A stretch of DNA of 64,000 nt. Source: Candidatus Marinacidobacterales bacterium (GTDB taxonomy: Bacteria; Acidobacteriota; Vicinamibacteria; Marinacidobacterales; SMYC01). The notes under the pieces were generated by a model. The model made no database searches. It was not told where the DNA came from and saw only the letters and a program-made list of their open reading frames with translations. The position numbers and the translations under genes were made by a program. Positions 51,659 to 60,830 of this stretch are shown piece after piece. Every line of letters begins with the position of its first letter. The first letter of the stretch is position 1. The stretch covers positions 2,080,001-2,144,000 of the forward strand of contig CBDCYI010000005.1 in assembly GCA_965224085.1 (NCBI GenBank), given 5' to 3'.

Positions 51659-52531
51659 TCAGGGGATCTGATTCGCCGCGTGGTACGAACTGCGCACGAG
51701 CGGCCCAGCTTCGACATGGCGGAAGCCAATCTCGCGGCCTTTCCGGGCGAGAGCGACGAACTCGTCCGGATGCACGTAGCGATCGATGGGCAAGTGATCG
51801 CGCGTCGGCTGCAGGTATTGCCCGATGGTAAACACGTCGACGCGGGCTTTGACGACGAGTTCCCGCATAACCTCTTCCACTTCGTTGAGGCTTTCGCCGA
51901 GGCCGACCATAAGCCCCGTCTTACTAATAACGTCAGGAGCGATGGTTTTCGCGCGCTCGAGAAGCTCCACGGATTGCGCAAAGCGCGCGCCCGACCGCAC
52001 ATGCTTATAGAGCCTCGGTACCGTCTCGATATTGTGGTTCAGGATCTGTGGTTTCGCGGCGAGAACGGCTTCGAGCGAGGCCCGAGAGCCTTTGAAGTCC
52101 GGGATCAACACCTCGATGTTCGTTTCGGGATTGCGGCGGCGGACAGCCTCGATGGTCTCGGCGAAAATAGCAGCGCCCCCGTCGGGAAGCTCGTCGCGAT
52201 TGACCGATGTGATCACAGCGTGGCTCAGGCCCATCGCCTCGACCGCCTTGGCCACCCGCTCCGGTTCCTCTCGATCGAGGATCTGAGGAAGCCCGGTCTT
52301 CACGGCGCAGAACCCGCAGCTGCGGGTGCAAACGTCGCCGAGGATCATGAACGTGGCCGTACCTTGCCCCCAGCACTCGGCGACGTTGGGGCAGCGCGCT
52401 TCCTCGCACACAGTGTGCAGGTTCAGGCTGCGCATCGTGCTCTTCAGCCGGAAATAGTCATCCCCGCTCGGCAGGCGTACCTTCAGCCAATCGGGTCTAG
52501 GAGAACGTGTTATCGTTACCATCGGTGCCAC
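51659..52531 (-). CDS. lipA: Lipoyl synthase
   Basis: TVCEEARCPNVAEC, CTRSCGFC, NHNIETV, VRSSYHA. Confidence 0.95.
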   Translation of the reverse strand: MAPMVTITRSPRPDWLKVRLPSGDDYFRLKSTMRSLNLHTVCEEARCPNVAECWGQGTATFMILGDVCTRSCGFCAVKTGLPQILDREEPERVAKAVEAMGLSHAVITSVNRDELPDGGAAIFAETIEAVRRRNPETNIEVLIPDFKGSRASLEAVLAAKPQILNHNIETVPRLYKHVRSGARFAQSVELLERAKTIAPDVISKTGLMVGLGESLNEVEEVMRELVVKARVDVFTIGQYLQPTRDHLPIDRYVHPDEFVALARKGREIGFRHVEAGPLVRSSYHAANQIP

Positions 52532-53826
52532 TATAGTATTTTTTCGTCCCAGCCTTCGAGCCGGCGTTTGACGTCGGCCATGAACTGGTCCCCGAGCGCG
52601 CCGTCTATGAGGCGATGGTCGAAAGAGAGAGCGAGATACACCATCGAGCGCACCGCGATGCCTTCGTTGACGACAACCGGACGCTTGTGGATGCCGCCGA
52701 TCCCCAGGATGGCGACTTGAGGCTGGTTGATGATCGGTGTTCCGAAGAGGCCGCCAAAAGGGCCCGGGTTCGTGAGTGTGAACGTCCCGCCCTGCACGTC
52801 TGCGGGCATCAACTTTTTCGTGCGCGCGCGCTCGCCGACATCGTTCACGGCCCGCGTGAGCCCGAGGAAGCTCTTTTCGTCGACATGTTGGATCACGGGG
52901 ACGATGAGCCCGCCCTCGAGAGCGACGGCGATACCGATGTTGTAATCGCGGTGGTAAACGATCTTGTCGCCATCGATCGAAGCGTTGACCAGCGGAAACG
53001 TTTTGAGAGCACCGAGCACGGCGGCGACGAAAAACGGGGTGTAGGTGAGCCGGACGCCGTCTCGCTCGAAGATGGGCTTGTGCTCATTCCTAAGCGCCAC
53101 GATCCGGCTGACATCGGCTTCGAACACCGTCGTCACGTGCGCGGAGGTCTGCCGTGAGATCACCATGTGCTCGGCAATGGACTTCCGCATTTTGCTCATC
53201 GGCTCGACATCGACGCGGCTCTGTTGAACCGGCGGTGGCGAGGCCGCCGTCGCAGGAAGGGCCGCCGTAGGCGGGGTCGCACCAGGCGTCGGCGCTAACA
53301 GTGGTTTCGGTGTCGCTTCGGCCGCCGTGGGTGATGCTAGAAAACTCTCGATGTCCTGCTTCGTCACACGGCCGCCCCGCCCCGTTCCGGTGAGCTGGCT
53401 CAAGTCCAAATTGTGCTCGCGAGCCATCTTGCGGACGAGCGGAGAGCTGCGTAGTCCAGGCTCGGACGCCTCCGGCTCAGGACTCGCCGGCGTTGGGGCG
53501 ACGCTCACGCGGGGGATGGGTTGCGTTGAGACGGTTGCAGGCGTGCTCTCTGCTTCGGTAGTAGGAGCGGTCGGCGCCGCCTCCTGTTGGACCTCCCCAC
53601 CGATTACACCGATGACGGTCATGATGGCGACGGTCTCGCCTTCTTGAACCTTGATCTCCGACAAGATGCCCGCGACGGGGGCCGGGATCTCCGTGTCGAC
53701 CTTATCGGTCGAGATCTCGAGCAGCGGCTCGTCGCGCTCGACCAGCTCCCCAACCTTCTTGTACCACTTCGTGATAGTGCCTTCGGCGATGCTCTCGCCC
53801 ATTTGCGGCATGATGACGTCAGTCAT
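52531..53826 (-). CDS. 2-oxoacid dehydrogenase E2 (dihydrolipoamide acyltransferase, SucB-like)
   Basis: ATG 53826; lipoyl domain EISTDKVDTE, E3-binding GTGRGGRVTKQD, catalytic FDHRLIDG. Confidence 0.92.
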   Translation of the reverse strand: MTDVIMPQMGESIAEGTITKWYKKVGELVERDEPLLEISTDKVDTEIPAPVAGILSEIKVQEGETVAIMTVIGVIGGEVQQEAAPTAPTTEAESTPATVSTQPIPRVSVAPTPASPEPEASEPGLRSSPLVRKMAREHNLDLSQLTGTGRGGRVTKQDIESFLASPTAAEATPKPLLAPTPGATPPTAALPATAASPPPVQQSRVDVEPMSKMRKSIAEHMVISRQTSAHVTTVFEADVSRIVALRNEHKPIFERDGVRLTYTPFFVAAVLGALKTFPLVNASIDGDKIVYHRDYNIGIAVALEGGLIVPVIQHVDEKSFLGLTRAVNDVGERARTKKLMPADVQGGTFTLTNPGPFGGLFGTPIINQPQVAILGIGGIHKRPVVVNEGIAVRSMVYLALSFDHRLIDGALGDQFMADVKRRLEGWDEKIL

Positions 53827-53864
53827 GGGTTCCCTTCTTACTGCGGCGGCTCGTAACTCACCCT

Positions 53865-54848
53865 TCAGTACGCAAAGAGGTCCCGGGCGGCGCGCACGAT
53901 GTCCTCGACTTGTGGTATGAAGGCATCTTCGAGAGACGCCGCATAGGGGACGGGCGTATCCGGCGCCGTAACGCGAACGATCGGACCGTCCAAGTCGTCG
54001 AACGCCTCCTCGACGATGATGGCAGCAATTTCGCCCCCCATGCCGCCCGTCCTGGTGTCTTCGTGAAGCAATATCACTTTGTTGATCCGCCCAACGGCTT
54101 CGAGAATACACTCCTTGTCCAAAGGCACGAGACTCCGAAGGTCAATCACTTCGAGCTCAATGCTTTCACCAGCGAGCACTTCGGCCGCATCGAGCGCCGT
54201 ATAGAGCATCGCACCATAAGTCACGAGCACGATGTGCTTGCCCCGTCGGCGGATCGCTGCCTTTCCGATCGGAACGAGCTCCTCTTGCCCGTCGAGCTCC
54301 TCGGCCGCCACTTTGATGTGGCGATACAACTTCTTGTGCTCTAAATAGAGAACCGGGTCCTCGTCGCGTATGGCAGACTTCATCAAGCCACGCGCATCCG
54401 CGACGGTCGCCGGCACAACGACTTTGATACCCGGGGTGTGCACGAAATGCATTTCTGGATTTTGCGAATGGAACGGTCCTGCGCGCACGCCGCCGCCGGT
54501 AGGCCCGCGCATGACGATCGGGACAACCGCGCCCCAACGATAGCGGCTCTTCGCGGCGAAATTCGTGATCATGTTGAACGCGTTGGCAATGAAGTCGATG
54601 AACTGAAACTCGACGATGGGCCGCAAGCCGTTGAAGGCCGCTCCAATCGCCACCCCCGTATAGCCCTCCTCGCTGATCGGCGTATCGATGACTCTCTCCG
54701 TGCCAAATTTATCGACAAAGCCAGCCGTGACCTTGAAAGCTCCTCCGTAGAGCCCGACATCTTCACCCAATAGCACGACGCTTTCATCGCGCTCCATCTC
54801 ATCCCACATCGCTTGGCGGATGGCTTCGAGATAGGTGATTTCGCTCAT
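53865..54848 (-). CDS. 2-oxoacid dehydrogenase E1 beta subunit
   Basis: GEDVG, DTPISE, EFQFIDF, GPFHSQ, IDLRSL. Confidence 0.93.
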   Translation of the reverse strand: MSEITYLEAIRQAMWDEMERDESVVLLGEDVGLYGGAFKVTAGFVDKFGTERVIDTPISEEGYTGVAIGAAFNGLRPIVEFQFIDFIANAFNMITNFAAKSRYRWGAVVPIVMRGPTGGGVRAGPFHSQNPEMHFVHTPGIKVVVPATVADARGLMKSAIRDEDPVLYLEHKKLYRHIKVAAEELDGQEELVPIGKAAIRRRGKHIVLVTYGAMLYTALDAAEVLAGESIELEVIDLRSLVPLDKECILEAVGRINKVILLHEDTRTGGMGGEIAAIIVEEAFDDLDGPIVRVTAPDTPVPYAASLEDAFIPQVEDIVRAARDLFAY

Positions 54849-54851
54849 GAA

Positions 54852-55829
54852 TCAGCTCGAAGCGAAAAGAGCGCTCTCAAAATATTGCGCCTTCGGCGCG
54901 GGGGCAGCGTCGGCCGTGCGCAGAGCGTCAGAGACGGCCTCTTCCGCACGCGCTACGAGCGTCGATCGATCGGCTTCCGAAAGCCAATCCTGCTGCAATA
55001 GAAATTTCTCGAACCGCCAAGCCGGATCGTTATCGACGTCTTTCGCGCCCTCGTCGTCATCGATGTCGTGCGCGCCGGCAGAGAAAGGCGCGGGAGAGGC
55101 ACTCTCATTGCCGAAGTAGCGGCGCGAGCTTCGAAGCACCGCCTCGATGAGCGTCGGACCATCCTGTGCGCGCGCCCTCTCCATGGCGGTCTCCACCACC
55201 TGAACGACTTGGAGCAAATCGCTGCCATCGACCGGCAGAGAGGCCACGCCATAGGCTTTGGCTCGCTCGTAGAGCTGCGCAACGCCCGAGCCCACCTCGT
55301 GGGACGGATAGCGCACGACGACGATAATGAGCGGCAGCTTCTGCACCGCGGCGAAGTTGACGCCTTCATGAAAGTCACCCGTCGCGACCGCCTCTTCAGG
55401 TATGAGCGCAAGCGCGACGCGTTCTTGTTGATGAGAGCGGTACCCAAAAGCCATCCCTGCCATTACACTCACATGCGTGGCAGGATGCCCCGTGGTCGAA
55501 ACGAGGCCTCGCGACAAGTCTCCAAAATAGCCCAAGCCGTCTCGCCCTTGACTCGGCGAAGTCTCCTTCCCGAGAAACTGAAGCACGATCTCTTCTGGTT
55601 TGACCCCTCGAAGCAAGAGCGTCCCGACGGTGGGCAGCGACGATGCGATCGCATCTTTCGGGGTCGGCGCAAAGGACGCACCCACGCTTACAGCCTCGAG
55701 GCCAGTCCGCAGAGCGAGCGGCGTTGTGAGCTCCTGTTCTCGGTGAAGCCGAGCGAGAGCCTCCTCGAGACGGCGCGTGAGCACCATGTAGTACAGAAGC
55801 TCTTGCAACTGCCGCTTGCCTAGGCGCAT
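54852..55829 (-). CDS. E1 alpha-like protein with degenerate thiamine-diphosphate motifs
   Basis: Keeps GDFHEGVNFAAV, VDGSDL, GPTLIEA and operon position, but has IPEEA and VVRY where GDG and NN are expected. Confidence 0.8.
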   Translation of the reverse strand: MRLGKRQLQELLYYMVLTRRLEEALARLHREQELTTPLALRTGLEAVSVGASFAPTPKDAIASSLPTVGTLLLRGVKPEEIVLQFLGKETSPSQGRDGLGYFGDLSRGLVSTTGHPATHVSVMAGMAFGYRSHQQERVALALIPEEAVATGDFHEGVNFAAVQKLPLIIVVVRYPSHEVGSGVAQLYERAKAYGVASLPVDGSDLLQVVQVVETAMERARAQDGPTLIEAVLRSSRRYFGNESASPAPFSAGAHDIDDDEGAKDVDNDPAWRFEKFLLQQDWLSEADRSTLVARAEEAVSDALRTADAAPAPKAQYFESALFASS

Positions 55830-56512
55830 TAGTGGAGGCTCATCTCGAGCGCGCCTTTTGGGGCTCGAAACATCTCGCGATCGAAGGTACGTCCAAAGGC
55901 CAGCGCCAGATCATCTCTCACGGGACTACACGCAACTTGAGTGTCTAGAACATTTTCCATCGAGGTGACTGCGCGATCGAAGATACCACACGGAACGATA
56001 TGTTTGAAATGTTCGAGATTCGTCGAAACGTTCAGCGCCAAACCGTGCGAGCTCACCCAACGGGAAACGCGCACGCCAATGGCGGCGAGCTTTTCGCCGT
56101 CGTGCCAAACGCCGGTAAGCCCCGGCTCGCGCCTGGCGGTAATGCCGTGGGCTTTTAGAGCGATGAGGATCGTTTCCTCCAGCGCTCTCAGATAAGCGCG
56201 CAGATCTGTTTTCCAGCGCCTCAAATCGACGATGGGATAGACGACTATTTGCCCTGGGCCGTGATACGTGATGTCGCCGCCCCGCTCCGTTTCCACGAAG
56301 GTAGCGCCGATACGGGCGAGAAGCGCCGGATCCGCGAGAAGATGCTCCGGGTTCCCACTGGGCCCGAGCGTATAGACCGGAGGATGCTCGACGAACACGA
56401 GCACGTCCGGGATCCGCCCGGCTTGGCGCTCGACCACGAGCTCGCGCTGCAGCGCAAGCACGTCGCTATATTCCCGGCGCCCAAGATCCATGCGCCAGCA
56501 AGGATCAGACAT
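55829..56512 (-). CDS. lipB: Lipoate-protein ligase B (octanoyltransferase)
   Basis: EHPPVYTLG, RGGDITYHGPGQ, KLAAIG, HGLALN, IVPCG. Confidence 0.94.
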   Translation of the reverse strand: MSDPCWRMDLGRREYSDVLALQRELVVERQAGRIPDVLVFVEHPPVYTLGPSGNPEHLLADPALLARIGATFVETERGGDITYHGPGQIVVYPIVDLRRWKTDLRAYLRALEETILIALKAHGITARREPGLTGVWHDGEKLAAIGVRVSRWVSSHGLALNVSTNLEHFKHIVPCGIFDRAVTSMENVLDTQVACSPVRDDLALAFGRTFDREMFRAPKGALEMSLH

Positions 56513-57911
56513 GGATGGGCATCTCGACGGCACCGTGCGCGGCTTCGGCGACGGCCTCCGAGAGTGTTGGGTGCGCGTGTACGGCGCGCATCAAAGACTC
56601 GGCGGTCGCCTCGTGCTCGAGCGCGACAACAGCCTCGGCAATGAGGTCGGTCGCGTGCGGGCCGATAATGTGGACCCCGAGGAGCTCGTCGTACCTCACC
56701 TCGCTCACGATCTTCACGAAGCCTTCATTGTCACCGAGAATCGTCGCTTTGGCGTTCGCGGCAAAGGGAAAGCGACCGACCTTCACGTCATAGCCCTTGT
56801 CTTTAGCGGCCGCCTCGGTGAGGCCCACGCTACCGACCTCCGGACGGCAATAGGTAGCCCCCGGCATGTGGGAGTAGTTCAAGGGACGCGCGGCGGCGTG
56901 GCCAGCGATACGCTCGACGGCGAGGATCGCTTCCGCGGAAGCGACGTGGGCGAGCTGTTGCGTGGCGACAACATCGCCGATCGCGTAGATCCCCTTGGCC
57001 GCCGTCTCCATATATTCGTCGACGACGACGTTGCCGCGATCGAGCTCGACGGCGGTCTGCTCGAGCCCGATCCCGTCGGTCCTCGACTTCCGCCCGACCG
57101 CGACGAGAAGCTTCGACACGGTGCGCTGGTCCGTCGTCCCGTCCGCCCGGGTGAAGCGGACGGAAACACCCTCCTCGGTCTTCGAGACGCCGTCGACACG
57201 CGTCGGGACCATCGTCTCGATCCCGCGCTTTTGAAAGGATTTGAGGAGGACCTCCGAGAGTTCCTCGTCTTCCACCGGCACGAGCCGAGGAAGAACCTCG
57301 AAAAGAGCTACTTTCGTGCCGAAGCTATGGAACATCGACGCGAACTCGACCCCTACCGCCCCGGCTCCAATGACCCCGAGGCTCTCGGGCTGAGAGGGCA
57401 GATCGAGCATTTCCGTGTTCGTCACGATGTGGCGCCGGTCGATCTCGACGCCCGGGATGGAGCGCGGATCGGAACCCGTCGCAACAATGATGGCTTTTGC
57501 CGATACCGGCTGGGCGCCTTCGGCCGTTTCCACTTCCAGCTTGCCCGGTGCGAGGATGCGGCCAAAGCCCGTGAGGGTCTCGACGTTGTTCTTTCGGAGC
57601 AGGAAGGCTACCCCGCCAGCGTTCTTCTTGATGATGCGCGCCTTACGCTTGAGAAGCGCCGGCCAATCCAGCCGGAGCCCCTCGACGACCACGCCGTGCG
57701 CGCCCGCCTGGCGCACTTGATCGAGAAGTTCCGCGGTGTGGAGAAAAACTTTGCTCGGGATGCAGCCTACATGGAGGCACGTGCCCCCGAAATGCGGGTC
57801 TTTTTCGATAACGAGCGTTTTCAGCCCGAGCTGACCCGCACGAATGGCCGCAACATAGCCGCCGGGTCCACTGCCCAGAATCGCCACATCGTAATGGGTC
57901 GCGTTTGCCAT
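56505..57911 (-). CDS. lpdA: Dihydrolipoyl dehydrogenase (E3)
   Basis: GSGPGGY, GGTCLHVGCIPSK, GAGAVG, HAHPTLSE. Confidence 0.95.
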   Translation of the reverse strand: MANATHYDVAILGSGPGGYVAAIRAGQLGLKTLVIEKDPHFGGTCLHVGCIPSKVFLHTAELLDQVRQAGAHGVVVEGLRLDWPALLKRKARIIKKNAGGVAFLLRKNNVETLTGFGRILAPGKLEVETAEGAQPVSAKAIIVATGSDPRSIPGVEIDRRHIVTNTEMLDLPSQPESLGVIGAGAVGVEFASMFHSFGTKVALFEVLPRLVPVEDEELSEVLLKSFQKRGIETMVPTRVDGVSKTEEGVSVRFTRADGTTDQRTVSKLLVAVGRKSRTDGIGLEQTAVELDRGNVVVDEYMETAAKGIYAIGDVVATQQLAHVASAEAILAVERIAGHAAARPLNYSHMPGATYCRPEVGSVGLTEAAAKDKGYDVKVGRFPFAANAKATILGDNEGFVKIVSEVRYDELLGVHIIGPHATDLIAEAVVALEHEATAESLMRAVHAHPTLSEAVAEAAHGAVEMPIHV

Positions 57912-58315
57912 AATGTCCTTCGGCTGTTCCGTTTTTTGTTCGTACGCGTCTTTCGCGACGAGAAAACATCAATTCGAGTATAACGTATTTAGAAACAATT
58001 GTTTACAACAGTACCCTTCGGTTCCGGCCGCAAAGTGTATCGCGGTGGAACGAGACGAGGCAAATAAATCGTTGCGATAAGGCCATATACTTATATATTT
58101 ATTTAGAGTCTTTCGGTTGGTCGCGTGTGATAAACTGACGAAGTATGGCTCGCCCAGTGGCATCTATTGAGTTTTACTAGGCTTATACGGATCGCTCGTC
58201 AGACCATCCCCAAGAACAGTGCTGAAGTTTCAAGATACAGTTGAGTCGATCCGCATGAGTCGAAATGTGTCGGGCCGCATTCGGGAACGCCCCGACCATC
58301 TATACCAGTTCAGTG

Positions 58316-59041
58316 ATGGCCAAACCTAAAAGAAGCAAGAAAAAACCCGCTCGCGCCCAAGCGAAGAAGAAGAAGGCCGCTTCCACGAGGAAGTTCGCCT
58401 CGAAGCCGAAGAAGAAGAACAAGAAGAAGAACAAGAAGAACAAGAAGAAAACTGCCAAAAAGGCACGAGCCGCGTCCAAACCGAAGAGGAAAACGGCGAG
58501 CAAATCGGCTGCGAAGCGGAAATCATCTCCGCGCTCAGTCAAACGCGCCGTACCGGCCCTGGAGCCCGCGCCCCCAACCCTCGTCCCCGTACCGCTCCCT
58601 GGCGGCGTCCGCGCTCGGCGTCCAGACGAGCTCAACGAGCGCTCCGCACACTTAGACAAGATCAAACAGCTGTTCGAGTCTGCGCCCATCAGCCGCTATC
58701 TGGGTATGTCGCTGGGATATTGCGAGAACGGCGTGGCGCGCGTCCGGCTCCCTTTCCGTAAGGACTTCGAAGAAGGTCACGGAGTCATCCACGGCGGTCT
58801 CGTCGGACTGGTCGGTGACACCGCGGGCAATTTTGCCGTCGGCTCGGTCTCACCCGGCTCCACCGTAAAGACGGTCGAGTTCAAGCTGAGTCTTCTGACC
58901 GGAGTGCAAGGCGATTTGCTCGCAATCGGCGAAGTCGTGCGCAAAGGCCGCACCCTCGCAACCTGCCGTCTCGAAATCGTAGAAGGCAACGATCGCGTAG
59001 TAGCAATCGGGCTCGCCACCTACGCACTCCAAGCGATCTAA
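58316..59041 (+). CDS. PaaI-family thioesterase with Lys/Ala-rich basic N-terminal extension
   Basis: ~80-aa K/A-rich tract, Pro linker, then hotdog fold with IHGGLVGLVGDTA. Confidence 0.8.
   Translation: MAKPKRSKKKPARAQAKKKKAASTRKFASKPKKKNKKKNKKNKKKTAKKARAASKPKRKTASKSAAKRKSSPRSVKRAVPALEPAPPTLVPVPLPGGVRARRPDELNERSAHLDKIKQLFESAPISRYLGMSLGYCENGVARVRLPFRKDFEEGHGVIHGGLVGLVGDTAGNFAVGSVSPGSTVKTVEFKLSLLTGVQGDLLAIGEVVRKGRTLATCRLEIVEGNDRVVAIGLATYALQAI
58409..58450 (+). repeat. (AAG)n/AAC low-complexity tandem repeat encoding KKKNKKKNKKNKKK
   Basis: Repeated aagaagaac units read directly. Confidence 0.8.
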
Positions 59042-59120
59042 CGGCCAAACCATCGCGATCAATAATAAGAAAAGCGCAAAGGCGCTAGAAATGACGATCG
59101 TCTTTTTATTTGATCGCTTT

Positions 59121-60029
59121 TTACGCTTGGCGCGGCTCGGCTTCCACGAAGACACGTTTCACGCGGGGCAGCGTTTGTTTTAGCTGACGGTCCACGTCCG
59201 CTATCACCTTTTCGATGTCGTCGGCGGAAGCGGAATCGACGAACTCCACGCTCAAGTTGACGAGAATGAAGTCCGGCCCCATGTGCATCGTCAAGACTTC
59301 GTTCACATGCTGGATTTGTGGCGCGCTCACGGCGATCCGTCGGATGCACGCCACGACCTCGGGATTGGCGCTCTCTCCAATCAAAAGACTCTTCGTCTCG
59401 GCCGCGAGCCAAACCGCTGTCCCCGCGAGGATGAGCCCAATGACGATCGAGGCCCCGCCGTCGAAATAGGGGATGCCCGTGAGTTGGTTCAAGAGCACGC
59501 CCAAAAAAGCGACGATGAGACCGGCCATGGCCGCGGTGTCCTCGAACAGCACGACGAACAGCGTTGGGTCTTTCCCTTCGTGGACGGCACGGATGTAGCC
59601 TCGGCGGCCCTTGTGTACTTTGAATTCTCTCCATGCGTATAACCACGCCGCGCCTTCGATGAGCATCGCGAGACCGAGAACGATGTAGTTGACGTAGGGG
59701 CTTTCGATGGGCTCGGGGTGGCGGAGGTGCAAGATACCTTCATAGATGGAGACGCCCGCGCCGACAGCGAAGATCAGCATCGCTACGATGAAGCTCCAGA
59801 AGTAGAGCTCCTTGCCGTGGCCGAACGGGAACTCCCGGTCCGCAGGACGCTTCGCGCGCTTCATTCCGTAGAGCAGAAGCACTTGATTCCCGGTATCCAC
59901 GAGCGAGTGGATGCCCTCGGACAGCATCGCCGAGCTTCCCGTCACCGTCGCCGCGACGAACTTCGTCACCGCGATCAAACTGTTGCCGAGCAGCGCGGCA
60001 TAAATGACTTTCTTGGACGATGCGGCCAT
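59121..60029 (-). CDS. Cation diffusion facilitator family transporter
   Basis: SEGIHSLVDTGNQ, PFGHGKE, FEDTAA, C-terminal dimerisation domain. Confidence 0.9.
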   Translation of the reverse strand: MAASSKKVIYAALLGNSLIAVTKFVAATVTGSSAMLSEGIHSLVDTGNQVLLLYGMKRAKRPADREFPFGHGKELYFWSFIVAMLIFAVGAGVSIYEGILHLRHPEPIESPYVNYIVLGLAMLIEGAAWLYAWREFKVHKGRRGYIRAVHEGKDPTLFVVLFEDTAAMAGLIVAFLGVLLNQLTGIPYFDGGASIVIGLILAGTAVWLAAETKSLLIGESANPEVVACIRRIAVSAPQIQHVNEVLTMHMGPDFILVNLSVEFVDSASADDIEKVIADVDRQLKQTLPRVKRVFVEAEPRQA

Positions 60030-60030
60030 G

Positions 60031-60806
60031 TCAGATGGGGGCGTTTGGACCGACGAATCTCCACATATCGTCGAAGAGCACTTCCTTGCTGGCCGTCAAG
60101 CGGTGGTCCCCGCCGGCGATCTCGATGAGCTCCACTCCTTCGACCCTTTCAGCGAAAGAACGTGACAACTGGCAAGGCACGACAGCGTCGTCCGAGCCGT
60201 GGAGGATCAAGCTCGGCGTTTTCAGCTTGCGGACCAAACCTATCATTGGATAGCGCGACTCGTCTTCCACGAGACCATATCCTAATTCGATAACCGCGTG
60301 GCCGATGTCCAAGTGGATTTTACCCTCGCTTCGCCACTTCTGGGCTCTCCCGCGCCCGAGCGACAACATAAGGCGGCCCGCCATCTCGAAAGCCGGCGCG
60401 ATGACGAGGTTGCGGGTGACGATTCCCGGCTTCTGCGCCAAGAACCAAAGCGCGGTGAGACCGCCCATGGACGAGCCGATCAAATGCACCGCTGCAAACG
60501 GTCCGTGCTGCTCTTCGACATGACGCAGTCCACGTTCGAGATCCCTTAGGTTGCGCGTCAAGGAGAGCTCCAGCAATTCTCCCTCCGAGTCCCCGTGACC
60601 CGTCATGTCGAGGCTCGCGAAGGCTTCCCCGCGACGCGCGATCTGTCGCGCGAAATAGAGCGCCTTCTCTCCGCGGCGGTTCGAGCTCAACCCATGGAGA
60701 AAAACCCACAAGCGTGAGCCCTTGCGCGCCGCCGGCACGAAATCCAGCGCGAGTCTCGACTCACCTTCGGCGCTCGGCTCGACCCACTGGGGGGGCTCTC
60801 ACTCAT
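60031..60806 (-). pseudogene. Alpha/beta hydrolase; ATG at 60806 out of frame because of a 7-G homopolymer (60789-60795); could still be made from GTG 60738
   Basis: FLHG, GSSMGG, HGSDDAVV, GGDH triad motifs; upstream frame QWVEPSAEGESRLALDFV joins MSES only after a slip. Confidence 0.65.
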
Positions 60807-60830
60807 TAGGCCGCATACGTGTTGGGCTAG

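Noticed and set aside
57912-58315. AT-rich 400-bp intergenic region as an ncRNA gene
   Set aside because: No recognisable tRNA, riboswitch or stable structure; consistent with divergent promoters.
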